NCBI RefSeq assembly: GCF_009914755.1
Contig: NC_060936.1
DNA: 64,000 bases
Source: the human T2T-CHM13v2.0 reference genome, Homo sapiens
Direction: 5' to 3' (one strand)
Shown: positions 24,641 through 40,475 of the stretch, in pieces
Numbering within the stretch: position 1 is the first letter of the stretch
How the letters are laid out: every line of letters starts with the position of its first letter
Notes under the pieces: model-generated
What the model was told of the DNA's origin: nothing
Seen by the model: only the letters and a program-made list of their open reading frames with translations
Databases searched by the model: none
Translations under genes and position numbers: made by a program

Positions 24641-26801
24641 AAGAAGATACCATTTTAATCATATTTTTAGCACTGTATTTAATCACTGCATTGAGAATGA
24701 TCTCAATTTATTGTGCTCTTATGTAAAAATATATTTTGCATAAAGTATTAAAAGTATTTGTTGTTTTATATATGTGGAAAATAATACAGAAATGTACAGA
24801 TGAAATTTGAGTTGCTTCTAATTTTAGATAAATACTAGTCAGCTCAATTGATGAAGGGAGTTACACTCCCTATATAAGTTTCACCAGTGATAGTGTATAA
24901 TAGTCTTCAGTGATTTCAACATTGTTTCAAAGATTATAATACCAGATACTTTTTCTTTCATAGACCCGTGGCTTATTTTGCTTGTCATATTTTAAATTGC
25001 TTTTTCCCATAGTCTTAAGGATGATACATGACAATGGACATTGCAGGTTGTTGGTTTATTCTTGCTAGACCTCACTCCTCCCCAGATACCTGGCTAACAT
25101 CCTGCTGGATAATTTTCTCAGTCTTCTCCTGGGACACAGGTCCCAAAATCAACCAATTAAAATATGATTGCTGGAGTCAAACTTGTACATGGATTCACTA
25201 ATGCCCTATTATTGTTTATCCCAAATGTCATTAAGCATTTGTTTCCTTAAAGCATATTTCTGAAATTATGTAAAGGAAAATATATTAAAGGTATTATTTA
25301 CTTTTTTCCTAGGGAAAATTAATAGAAATGGCCCTCTGTGAAGTATCAGAATAGCCTATCGTAAATAATTCTAGAATTTTTTTCATTTATGTCAGCAAAA
25401 CTTTTAACTAAGGATTTATTGTTAAGATGGTTGGTGGAATATTTCAGGCTTCCAGATTTTGGACAGTGTTGGGTGGAAACATGAGGAGACTATTTCACTG
25501 GATGTGTTAAGATGAAACATCAAGATCTTTATGATGAAATCTGTAACTTTGTAGGAGGGGAGAAAAAACAGTTATTTCTTCATGTAGAATTGACTCACTA
25601 CATGACTTTTGATTTAAGAGAATTGAGCACATTATTTTCTGTTCAATATTTAACTCTAACCATCCAAATTTTCATAATAGGTAAGTATTTTAAATTTATT
25701 TTTTGTGATTTAGCTTCTATCCATTCTATTCTGTAGCACTGATTAATCTCATATCATATTTATTTCCCTCTCTGTCTCTTATGTATATGCATATTTAATA
25801 GTTCAGAAATTAATGGAGATTTAAAAATCTTTTAAATGGTAATTTCTAGCAATTAAATAGGTAGAACACAGCATATTTTTCTTAATATTTATACATTTAC
25901 ACTTAGAAAGAGCTGGTGCATATTACAGATGTGGGTGTCCAAGATAGTTACTAGACAACATATGTGAAGTATTTGTGCATTTTATATCTGATTTAGATAT
26001 ATGAAGTAGTTGTGTACTTCATTAAAATATTTTCTGAACATGTTTTGGGTGCCTGACTACATTTAAAACATTTTACTAGAAATTTTAAAACACTCAACTG
26101 AAAAATACTACATTAATTGGATTTTAATGAAAAGGCTCTTTAAAAAAAATCAAGAATAAAGATAGGAGTTTCAGAGGCACCTGTATTACCTGAAAATAGA
26201 ATGTGTGGTGGATTGAAAAAAAAGTGGATACTATCTATATAAAGCCATTGTTTAAATGTTCAAAACACATTAGAATGACTTACCCACTGAATTATTATTT
26301 TGTTTTACAAAGAAAGGGGTAAAAGATAAATTAACAGAGGTAGTAGTGTCTACATCCTAAAAAAGATATTTATAATTTTCACCAAAAAATTGGGTTGATC
26401 ACTGATTTACATCATCAGTCCAAATTTTTATTCCTATAAAAGATACAGTAAGCAAAGCATAATGCCCCCTACATTTTAGCTAAATAGTAAAGCATTAGAA
26501 AAGTTTATGTTCTATTAATACATTTCCCCAAAATAAATGTAAACTATGGAGACAGAGTAAACATGTAGCAGTGACTGATATTAAATATAGAAGATATATC
26601 TTTAAAAGCAGAATTATGGAAAATAAGAAATATAAATGTATATATATACACTATTTTAAAAGTCCCAAGTGCTTCTTGTCACAATTCAATAGTATTTGAA
26701 AAAAAAATGTGCAAATATTTATACTTGTCTTTGGACTCATTGTTTTGTTCCTTTTGATGTTGATTTTATCAGTAATCTCTGACAGGAATCAATCATCAGA
26801 A

Positions 26802-27761
26802 ATGAAAAATAGAACATCAGTGACAGATTTCATCCTTCTGGGTCTGACGGATAATCCGCAACTGCAGGTTGTGATTTTCTCGTTCCTATTTCTTACGTAT
26901 GTACTGAGTGTTACTGGAAATCTAACTATCATCTCCCTTACCCTGCTGGATTCCCACCTGAAGACCCCCATGTATTTCTTCCTCAGGAATTTCTCCTTGG
27001 AAATTTCATTTACTTCTGTCTGTAATCCTAGATTTCTGATCAGCATTCTAACAGGGGACAAATCCATATCTTATAATGCTTGTGCAGCTCAGCTATTTTT
27101 CTTTATCTTCCTTGGCTCAACGGAGTTTTTCCTCCTGGCCTCTATGTCCTATGATTGCTATGTGGCTATATGTAAGCCTCTGCATTATACAACCATCATG
27201 AGTGACAGGATCTGTTATCAGCTTATAATCAGCTCTTGGCTGGCTGGTTTCTTGGTAATTTTTCCACCACTGGCCATGGGCTTACAGCTGGATTTCTGTG
27301 ACTCCAATGTCATTGACCACTTTACCTGTGACTCTGCTCCTTTGCTGCAAATCTCTTGCACAGACACAAGTACTCTAGAGCTCATGAGCTTTATTTTAGC
27401 TCTGTTTACTCTTATATCCACTTTGATATTAGTAATTCTCTCCTATACTTACATCATCAGAACTATTCTGAGAATCCCCTCAGCACAGCAAAGAAAAAAA
27501 GCCTTTTCAACCTGCTCCTCACATGTGATTGTTGTCTCTATCTCTTATGGAAGCTGCATCTTCATGTATGTGAAAACATCAGCAAAGGAAGGAGTTGCTT
27601 TGACAAAAGGAGTAGCTATACTCAATACCTCTGTCGCTCCTATGCTGAATCCATTTATTTACACTCTAAGAAACCAGCAGGTGAAACAAGCATTTAAGGA
27701 TGTTCTGAGAAAGATTTCCCACAAAAAAAAAAACACTGATTTGAATGCAATTTATAAATGA
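26802..27761 (+). CDS. OR6C76: Olfactory receptor, family 6 subfamily C (319 aa from the ATG at 26802)
   Basis: [14 protein letters not shown]...; OR motifs, with DRY changed to DCY; candidate acceptor CTCTGACAG ends at 26785. The ORF-track start at 26709 is a GTG upstream of that acceptor. Confidence 0.88.
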   Translation: MKNRTSVTDFILLGLTDNPQLQVVIFSFLFLTYVLSVTGNLTIISLTLLDSHLKTPMYFFLRNFSLEISFTSVCNPRFLISILTGDKSISYNACAAQLFFFIFLGSTEFFLLASMSYDCYVAICKPLHYTTIMSDRICYQLIISSWLAGFLVIFPPLAMGLQLDFCDSNVIDHFTCDSAPLLQISCTDTSTLELMSFILALFTLISTLILVILSYTYIIRTILRIPSAQQRKKAFSTCSSHVIVVSISYGSCIFMYVKTSAKEGVALTKGVAILNTSVAPMLNPFIYTLRNQQVKQAFKDVLRKISHKKKNTDLNAIYK

Positions 27762-28094
27762 AACACACACACATTTTTTACCGAAGAACCAATAAAGATT
27801 TCAGCTTTAGTTCCTTTCTGTCTTCTTATTTGTATGTCTTCTCAGGAACACAACTGTTTCTACTATTTTATTTAATGTTAAATTAAATACTAATGTATTT
27901 AATGTTCTTACAAGTCCTTATATGAATTTATAGAGAAAAGTCATTATTAAATGATCTGATGCACATTCCTTGGTACAATTCAAAGAAGGAACTAAAGTCA
28001 TTTCCTATATTAATCTATATACTTAAAATAATATAATTGTAATTATATTTATCACTGCCAAACTTATTTCAACAGAATATGATAATGTATCATC

Positions 28095-28450
28095 TATGTT
28101 AACTCACATAGGTGAATATATGAATACACATGCACATGTATGTAGTCAAATATATGTGTGTTTCTGTGTGTGTCAATGTTTGTGTATGTATACATGTGTA
28201 TATTCATATATTCATATATTTGCATATATGAATATACACACATGTACACATTGTATGTTCATACATTCACATATATGAATATGCACACATATATACATAT
28301 ATTCTAAAGCTATTATATTTATGTATAATCTTTATATATTATAAATATATTTATATATAATATATAAAAAATATATATAATACACATAATATATGTGTGT
28401 ATATTCATATATGTGACTATATGAAGAGTGAATATATATATTCACTCTTT
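28095..28450. repeat. Low-complexity (TA/TG/CA)n tract
   Basis: Alternating purine-pyrimidine, AT-rich sequence. Confidence 0.85.
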
Positions 28451-31074
28451 CCATTTTTTTTCTTTAAAATGAAACTTAAAGGAAACTCTGGGATATAGTA
28501 ATAACTGGTATATGAACAAACTCTAAGAATTTAATAATTTAAATAGGGGAATTAATTTTTATAGTGATAATATTTAATTTATGCTTAACTTATATCTTAT
28601 ATAAAATAGAAAAAAATTAAGTTACATTTGTCATTATGACAGCAAATTATGAATTAGAATAACCTTTATTAGTTTTTCTTTTGTTTTTAGATCAATTTAT
28701 TGTGAATGCTTAAATAACAAAATCAATTAATATAACAAACTGTGTCATTAAGAATAATTTCCTGAGTGTAGAAATTTTCTAATTATAGTTATTACTTAAG
28801 AAAAGGGTGATAGCATTTAGCCACATCTCTATAAAACATTTCTACAGAGAACTAGCAACATCTGGCTTGGGAATAATGCTCTCTGAGGACTTTTATCCAA
28901 GATTGTGATTTATGACTCAATAACCATGCAATATAGTAGCTTATGGTATTGTTTTCTGTCTTTTATCAGTTGTTTCAGACTAGTTTTGATAAAATTTGCC
29001 CACTGTATTATGTGTGATTGTATTAGTTGCCAAATAAATATCAAAATAAAACACGTTTAAGCCAAAAAAAAAAGATTTATTGGATTGATAATCTTAGGAA
29101 GACTTGAAAGTTCTGAATTATTCTGTTTAGCTCAGGAGTCAGAAAAAAGGATTCATATGTGCCATGACACAATCTTGCTCAATCTCACTTTTGTGAGACC
29201 TCTGTCTCTTCCTGTTTTTATATGTCATATCTTTACTGTTTATTTTCTTCTTCCTTACTACAGATACTCTTTTGACAAATTATAAATACACTTTGCACTC
29301 TCCCATTTATTCTTTTCAATTCATGAAACAATGAAAACAGACTCCCTGGGACCAACTCCAAAAGAAGTGTCAGTTGAAAAGAGTTGATTGACCCATCTTT
29401 GAGTAGGTGTTAGTAACTGACATTTCTTTGATCCAAGAGGATCAGCTACATGATTCTCAGCCAAAGTGTGCTGGTTAGTTTATGCATGGTAGAGTTAGGT
29501 TGTTTGGGTTTGTAAGTCTGACTCTGTGGTTTGCAAGCTTGAGACTTTGACATCCTTAAAGTGCTTAGTAATGTTAACTATATTATTATTGTCATTGTTA
29601 TTGTAGTTAATGTTATTTACATGGCCTACCTGGGTCACATTGTTCTTTGAGAGGTGCAGTTGGGGGCTGGTAGCTATTCCTGCTTGAAAGTAAGAGCAAA
29701 ATAATTCTTGAGTAAAGAAAATGCCATTCAAACCTAAATCAGTCAAATCTATTTGGCCAATTTGGCTGTGTAGAAAGCATGGCTACCTGCAGATACAGAC
29801 ACTTACAAGGTAAAGGGCAAATGATAATGCATTCAAAACTCTTCAAAAACTGGCATCCCCTGAGTAAATTTATGATAGTAAAGGATTGACCTTATGCCTT
29901 GTCCAAGTGTCATATTTTATCTTGGATTCCTACCAATTATAGTCAAAAGAGAGTTAAATATATAAAGCATAATGTTTATTTCCATTATGCTTTATACGTA
30001 ACTAAACATTATAACTTAAAAATGGTTACTAGTGGCTGGAATTTTCATGTTCCCTATGTAGGAAGCCACATTCTTGGCATCTGCATACTAGAGCAGCTGA
30101 GATTCTTTGCACAGTAGGATGATGTAGGAAATAATTATCATAGTTCATTTTTCATTGTGTTTGTTTACTTTTTTTAACTAGGTGTGAAAATACATGACAA
30201 ATCATTCCTTTCCACGAAAGCACCTGTGATAAGTCCACATGACCCAAACCAAATGTTTTTCTTACTGGATTGTACTTTAATACTGCTAAATTCTGATTCG
30301 AGGGATTTTATTTTGTATTAATGAAGTAGCTAACTCTCCTTAATTGATGTGCAGCAAGTTTAACCTCTCAGTTACTTGGCTTTATTAACTGTCAAATTGG
30401 GTTAACACTCCATAACTCATAGAATTTTTAAAATTCGTTGAGAGTAAATTAAGTCCTTTAAACAGTTTGTTTCAGGAACTCAATAGATATTTGTTATTAT
30501 TTTATTATATAGTCTCCCTTTTTTCTTGCACTCTTCCACCCTGGATTTTAAAAACTGCATGTCTTCTCCTTTTGTTTAGGACATGCTTTCCCAAATTTAC
30601 CCATTACACATTTTTCTTCTGTAACTAAGCCATTGACAATATTTTTATGCTGTCATTCTGTATACACCCTGCCTTTTAAAATTGTATCTCAGAGTTTAAT
30701 ACTATATTCTGAGACGATGGCTTTTAAATTTATGTCTAACCTACTTTTATCATGTGCCCAAGGCCTAACTATCTGATTTTCTCATTTTCACCATGAAGAC
30801 GTGGCTTGAGTAGTGGGTATCATAACCAAAGTCTTTTTTTTTTCCTTTTGGATCTTAACCCCAAAATAACCTCAAATAAGCCTACTCTCCAAAACAACAA
30901 CAAAAAAAACCCATCCTTGCTAAACAATATCACATAAAATAACATTATCTTAGTCATAATATCATTTATGGAGATTGCCTGACAAGCTGTCCTTTCTACA
31001 GCTTATAGCACAATCTCCATAAATGATATTATGGCATATCTAGAACTGCCAAAGCAAATATTCCATGGACTTTT

Positions 31075-32110
31075 ATTTTATTTTATTCTTTTTTATTTGT
31101 ATAAGTTTATAGGGTATAAGCGTAATTTTGTCACATGTGTAGATTGTGTAGTGATGAAGTCAGGGCTCTTAGGGTATCACCCAAATAACATGCATTGTGC
31201 CCATTAAGTAACTTCTCATCATCCACCCCTCGCACCTCATCAGCCTTCCAAGTCACCATTGTCTATTATTCCACACTCTACATCCATGTATGCACATTAT
31301 TTGGTTCCTACTTATAAGTGAGAACATGCAGTACTTGTCTTTTTCTGTCTGACTTGTTTCACTTAAGATAATGGCCTCCAGTTCCATCCATTTTGTTTAA
31401 TTTTATACTTCTGCTTTTGTGAATAGTACTGTGATGAGCATATGAGTACAGGTACATATCTTTTTTATTTAATTATTTATTTAAATGATTTAATAATTAA
31501 TGATTTTAATGATTTCTTTAAATTATTAGTGACTTCTTTTCCTTCTTTCCTTTTCAATGATTTCTTTTCTTTCTTTCCTCTTCACTAGTAGGGTATTGCT
31601 GGATCAAAGGGTAGTTTATTTTTGTTCTTTGAGAAATCTTCATAGGATTTTCCATAGAGGCTGTACTAATTTACATTCCCATCAATCTTTGTAAGAGTTC
31701 CCTTTTCTCCACATCCTTGCCAACATATGTTATTTTTTATCATTTTAGTAATAGCCATTCTGACTGGTATAAGAGGATATCTCATTGCAGTTTTAATTTG
31801 CATTTCTCTGATGATTAGTAATGTTAAGCATTTTTTCATATACTTGTTGGCCATTCATATGGCTTCTTTTGAAAAATGCCTATTCATGTCCTTTTCCACT
31901 TTTAATGGAATTACCTGTATTGTTGTTATCATTGAGTTATTTTGAGTTTCTTATAAAACCTGGATATTTGTCCTTTGTCAGATGCATAGTTTGCAAATAT
32001 TTTTTCCCATTCTGTAGGTTGTCTTTTCACTCTGTTATTACTTTGCTGTGCACAATTTTTTTTTTTGGTTTAATTAAGTTCCATTTGTCTATTTTTGTTT
32101 TTTTGCCTGT
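31075..32110 (-). mobile_element. L1 3' end (L1PB/L1MA-like)
   Basis: Antisense L1 3' UTR plus ORF2 C-terminal peptide ([21 protein letters not shown]). Confidence 0.85.
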
Positions 32111-32628
32111 GCCCCAGCTACATTTCTCTGTGGATATCTGACTGCTCATAAAAATCAAGCTTCAAAAACTGAAAGATTTGTCTTTTTCCTGCAGTCAAAC
32201 TTGCTTTCCATCTAATCATTTATTTGCTGAGTTACCTAATTTGCCAAACCATAAGCCCAGGGTTCATCTCTTACTGCTTCTTTTCCTCTTCTTACCTCAA
32301 ATTTTCATTAAATTTCATTTGTTCTACTTTCACATGTTTCTCACATCATCTTACTGATCGCTGTACCAATGAGATTGTGTTATAACGACAGAAAATACCC
32401 AAGATCAATGATCATGGGTATCTTCAGCAATGAGGCTCACAATTCTCAGGGTGCCCAGAAGCCACTGGTCAAATCGCATATTGACTCACTGCTGACTCTT
32501 ACTTGCTGCCAGAAACTGCTGCCAAATAACACTGGCTTCTCCTTTTTTTGATAGTCCAAATCCAATGAGAATATTTCTAAGGTCAAACCTTACCTGCTGG
32601 AAAGGCAGAAACTTCAAAAATTTTCTAG

Positions 32629-35127
<2,499 letters not shown>

Positions 35128-35804
35128 AATTACATTTTGGAGGGTGGGGCTGGGGACACTACATTTATCCTTATCTGAACAGTGTAATCACCTTGAGACC
35201 TTTTCTTTAGTAATAATCACACACACACACACACACACACACAGAAACACACACACAGTCCCATTAAACCTCACAATCTTTTTTCAGTTCAGCATAATTT
35301 TGATTATTTATTTAATTATAAATGTAAATATTAACACACACACAATGAAAATCAATGCCACAGAGCCCTTCATCCAGTTGCCTATGCTCAAGATTTTGAG
35401 TGCAGACACCCAACACCGTTCTTCCAGGAGCACATGTATGTCACACTCTGTCATGCCAGTTAGCTAAACAAAAGGTTTGTCTCTTCCTCTCCCGAAAATG
35501 CACATTTCCCTGTTTTGAGTATGTGTGTTGTTAGATGATGTGGGTCTCCACAGGAGCTCTTCAGCCCCTGGTGACTTTGAGTGGCAGCAACATTCTCTGC
35601 TGCGAGTAAGGAATCCCTGTATGGCCAGGCCACCTGCTACTGTTGCTTCCGTAATGATCTCCGCAGCACAGAATCCCTGATTAAGAAAAATAAAAGTGTT
35701 AATTCTAATGGCTTCACAGTAAGCCATTAATTTGCATATCCCCCAATTGTATCTTGCTTAAACCTAGAAAATAAATGATCTCATGACCAAAAAAAAAAAA
35801 AAAA
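35128..35804 (+). other. L1-mediated 3' transduced segment with second poly(A) tail
   Basis: Non-L1 DNA after the L1 tail; AATAAA at 35770-35775; A16 at 35789-35804; TSD core TTCTAGGCTTA at 32623-32633 and 35805-35815. Confidence 0.8.
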
Positions 35805-35815
35805 TTCTAGGCTTA

Positions 35816-37945
35816 ATAAATGAAATTAGCAATTTTGTAAGGCAGAAAGTTAATTTATAAAACTAAATGTGTATATTTATAGTAGCAATAAGTAGTTGAA
35901 ATCCAAAATAAACAGTACCATTTACTGTCCTCAAAAATGAAATACTTAGGTATAAATCTAAGAAAATTTGTATGGAATGTATAGGCTTAAAAATACAACC
36001 ATTGGAACAAAATCATATGACCTTTGAAAAATGAAGCGATATACTATGTTTCTGAATAGAAGACTATTTTAATAAGCCAATTGTTCCTATCTTAATCTAT
36101 AGATTCTTGTAATCCCAACCAAAATCTTAGTGTATTTGTAGATATTAACAGCTTAAACCTAAATTCGATGTCTAAAGGCAACAGAAATATGTTAGTCAAA
36201 ACAATTTTGAAAAAGAATAAAGTATGAGTACTCATAATACTTCATTTCAAAATCTGCTATAAAGCTACAATAATCAAGATAGTGCAGTACTAGTAAAAAA
36301 AAATAAAGGCATATATCAATTTAAACAGAATAGACATACATGAAATGATGTCTAACAAAGGTACAAAGGCAATTTAATCAAGAAGGATTTTTTTAATAAA
36401 TAGTTATATAACAATTGTATCTCCATATGTAAAGAAATAAATCTCAACATTTACCCCAAGCCTTATATAAAATGTGACCCCTAAGTAAAATATAGAGCCA
36501 AAGGTAAAATGTAAAACTATAAAACTCTAGAAGAAAACATAGGAAACAATCTGAATGACCTTGGTTTTTCAAGAAGTTTTTGTGCTTGACCAAAGTCATA
36601 ATCCACAGGAAGAAAGTCTGGTAAGTTGAAATTCGTTTTATTCATTGTTTTAAAGTTCTTAAAACAACACTGTTAAGAATAAAATGATTAACTAAAGACT
36701 GGGAGTAAATGTTTTCAAATCACACTCTTGAGAGCACACTTGTCTCTAGAATATGTAAAGAACACTCTAACCTTAGAATAAAAAAACGAGCAACACAATA
36801 AAACCTGTGCATAATATTTGCATAGAGACTTCACCATAGAAGATTTATAGATTGCAAATATGTATATGAAAAGATGCTCTATGTCATGAATTATTAGGGA
36901 AATGCAATTAAAACCTGCATATCTATTTGAATATTCACAACAAAAATACTGGCAATATCAAATGTTTGCAAAGCTATAGAGCCACTGGGAGCCTCATACT
37001 TTTCTAGTGAGAATATAAAATGGTACAACCACTTGGGAAACCATTTGGAAGACTCACAGAAAGTTAAATTTACACATATCATATGAACTAGCAATTCTAC
37101 TCCTATCCAAAAGAAATGAAAAATTATGTTAATTCTCAGGAGTCTGGCTCTTGATCTTGATACTGTTCAAAAAAAAAATGTGTGATTTATCAGCCTCTAC
37201 TATGGGAAATTACAAAGGCTTTCCCTAGCAGGGTTCACAGGAGCAAGCTGCCCTTCCCATATCAAATGATACACTGTTATGCATTACAGTCTTTGAAGGA
37301 AATAACAGTAAAGGACTCAGATCATCCTGGCCAAATATGCTGTTACATTTATCTTTAATTCCAGCCCAGGTGCCTCCACTTGCAGGCCTCCTTCTTGGGA
37401 AAACCTGAAGACACTTTTCTCCACTCGGATTCAGTACTCAGCACTTTTACATTCCTAGCCCTGCCACTCTCTCCTTCCCATGGCCCCTTGCTTCCATACA
37501 ACTGCAAGAGATTTTTGTTGGGTGATCCCATGGTAGTAAGGGGAACCCTGTGTCTGTGTTGTTCTACCTGACACTCAATGCTGTGTCATTTCATGGTAGA
37601 AAATGGAACAGGCAGGAGTCCACATTTTCTCTGATTTTAGCCTTTCGTATACTATTTGCAGTGATTGATTTCAAACTTGACTGTTACTTTCCATTTAGGC
37701 TGGTTGCTTTTACCAACCACTCTAATATCCGGCAGCTCAACTCTCTCTTCAGCTCAGCAGGGCTCTTGATACCTCAGAAACATGTATGTGAATCTTTATG
37801 GCAGCTTTATTTATAATCAGCAAAAATGGAAACAATATATATGTTCCTCAACTGAGGAATGGATAAACAAACTGTGGTACATACATATATTGACATATTA
37901 CTCAGCAACAACAAAAAAATGATTCATTCAACAATAATGAATTGG
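35816..37945 (+). mobile_element. Old L1M ORF2/3' fragment, interrupted at ~37135-37770
   Basis: Degenerate L1 sequence (CTATAAAACTCTAGAAGAAAACATAGGA; GGAATGGATAAACAAACTGTGGTAC). Confidence 0.75.
37135..37771 (+). mobile_element. Probable old ERVL solo LTR (MER54/MER74-like; subfamily uncertain)
   Basis: ~640-bp GC-richer insert splitting contiguous L1 sequence; ends CAGCTCAGCAGGGCTCTTGATA. Confidence 0.4.
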
Positions 37946-38267
37946 AAAACAGGGTTTGAGTGGATTTCTTTTTTACAAAAATAGCTGTAAGCAATGTAGT
38001 TTGTAGACTTGTAACATGGGTTAAGAATTATGAAACTAATTGTTGTACAAGATTTAAATAAATATTTAGATATATTGTCATAATAGAAGTCAGTATTTCT
38101 ATGTTGAAGAAAGAAGTTACAATTAAAGAAAGATAATAATTACAATAAATTCTGTGATTGTAGTCAGAGGTATCATGATGGACTCTTGATTTGTTTCACT
38201 TGTTTTAATTTATAATCAGTAAATATAGGAATAAATATAGATGTGTCTTTATGCATGAATTAGCACA

Positions 38268-39432
38268 CAATCATGTGCCACACAACGATGGTACAGTCAA
38301 CAATGAACCACATATGTAACAGTGGTCCCATATAATTTTAATGGAGCAGAAAAATTTCTATCACCTGTTGACATCATAACTGTCATAATGTCATAGCACA
38401 ACACATTACTCATTTGTTTGTGGTGTTGCCGGTGTAAACAAATCTATTACACTGCCAGTCTTATAAAAGTATAGCACATACAATTATCTACAGTACATAA
38501 TATTTTAAAATAATAATAATTGGCTATGTTACTGGTTTATGCATTTGCTATATTATAATTTTGTTATTTTAGAATATGCTCCCTCTATTTATTAAAAAAG
38601 TTAATTATAAAGCAGCCTCAGGCAGATCCTTTGGTACGTATTCCAGAAGAAGGCATTGTTACCCTAAGAGATGACAACTCCTAGGCATGTTATTGCTCCT
38701 GAAAACCTCCCACTGGGACAAGATACGGAGTTGGAAAACAGTGAAACTGATCATTCTGACCCTATGTACACCTAGGCTAAAAAAGTTTAAAAAGTAAAAA
38801 AAAGATAAAAATTTTAAAAGTAGAAAAAAGCTTATAGAATAATGATATAAAGACAATGTTTTTGTACATCTATACATTGTGTATGTATTTTAAGCTAAGT
38901 ATTATTATAAGAGAGTCAAAAAGTTTTAAAAAATGAAAAGGGTATATGGTTAAAAAGTTATAGTAAGCTAAGCTTAATTGATTATTGGAGAAAGAAAAAT
39001 ATTAAAATAAATGTAGTGTGCCCTAAGTGGAGGCATTTATAAAGTCTACAGTAGCATACAGTAATGTCCTAGGCCTTCACATTCACTCACCACCCACTCA
39101 CTGACTCACCCAGGGTGACTTCCAGTCCTGCAAGCTCCATTCATGGTAAATGCCCTATACAGGTGTACCATATTTATCTGTTATACCATATTTTCACTAT
39201 ACTTTTTCTATGTTTAGATACACAAACACCACTGTGTTATAATTGCCATACAGTAGCATGCTACACAGGTTTGTAGCCTAGGAGCAATAGGCTATGCCAT
39301 ATAGCCTAGCTGTGAAGTAGGCTATACCATCTAAGTTTGTATAAGTATACCCCATGATGTGTGCACAATGGCAAAATCACCTAATGAAGCATTTCTCAGA
39401 GTGTATCACCTTTGTTAAGCAGTGCATGACTA
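38268..39432 (+). mobile_element. Tigger3b/MER7B-like DNA transposon
   Basis: Termini CAATCATGTG...TGCATGACTA; ~1.17 kb; homologous to 7994-8392. Confidence 0.8.
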
Positions 39433-39441
39433 TATATATTG

Positions 39442-39444
<3 letters not shown>

Positions 39445-39493
<49 letters not shown>
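39445..39493. repeat. (TA)n microsatellite
   Basis: Pure AT dinucleotide run next to the Tigger end. Confidence 0.95.
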
Positions 39494-39497
<4 letters not shown>

Positions 39498-40079
39498 CTA
39501 TCTCTAACTACCTTGAAGGGGAAAAAGCAGTGACACCTCAGTGACAATGGACGCACCTAGCACTCAGGCATTGGGTTTTCCCTTGCCGTTCCTTCTCTAA
39601 TAAATGGAATTACTTCTCCTTGTAAAACTGGTATATTTTAGGAATGAGGTATAGAGAATTCAATGTAAGTCTGAAGCAACTTTTGGTTTCAGAAAATAAG
39701 GATGGTCTAAAAATTCCAAAAGATGATAGCATATTGAAAGGTCACAGCACTCCACCTAAAAATGCTCCCAATAGCCAGTTAAACATCTTGATTGGATTGG
39801 ATTATAATCCCCAGAATAAAATGAATATTGATGAGTCTACACTGACACAAGCAAGTAAGTAAATAATCAGTTAGGAAGAAGTGGCAAGCTCTTCCTCACA
39901 GAATTTCAATTAGTAAATGTAGAAGGAATGAGGAAAATGATAAATCAGCATTAGCACACCACCATAATCATTGCTCCAAGTAAGATTTACAGATGAATGT
40001 TAAAGTGAATGGGTGAAAGTTTATATAGCATACTCACAGAGTATCAAAAAAAAATCCCAAATATTTTGTAATTAAAATG

Positions 40080-40475
40080 ATCATTGTAGCATTATTCACA
40101 ATAGTCAAAATATAGAATCAACATGTGTCTATAAACAAATGATTAAAGAAAACATGATATATATATGTAAATATATATACACACACAGTGAAGTACTAAT
40201 TATCCTTGAAAAAGAAGAAAATGCTGTCGTTTGTAACAATGTAGGTAAACCTGGAGGACATTAGGTTAAGTGAAATAGCTCAGGCACAGAAAGATAAATA
40301 TGGCATAATTTTACCAATATGTGGAATATTTAAAAAGTGGAGCTGATGGAAATAGAGAGTACAATGGCATTTACTAGGGACTTGGAAAATACGAGGAGTT
40401 TGAAGAGATGTTGGTTAAAGGATATAAAATTTAAGTTAGATAGGAGAAATAAGTTCAACAGATTTATTGAAAAAA
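40080..40475 (+). mobile_element. L1MA/MB 3' fragment
   Basis: CATTGTAGCATTATTCACAATAG...AACCTGGAGGACATTAGGTTAAGTGAAATAG. Confidence 0.7.

Noticed and set aside
26709-26801. Signal-peptide-like 31-aa N-terminal extension of OR6C76
   Set aside because: Starts at GTG and runs through the pyrimidine tract of a probable splice acceptor; the paralog-aligned ATG is at 26802
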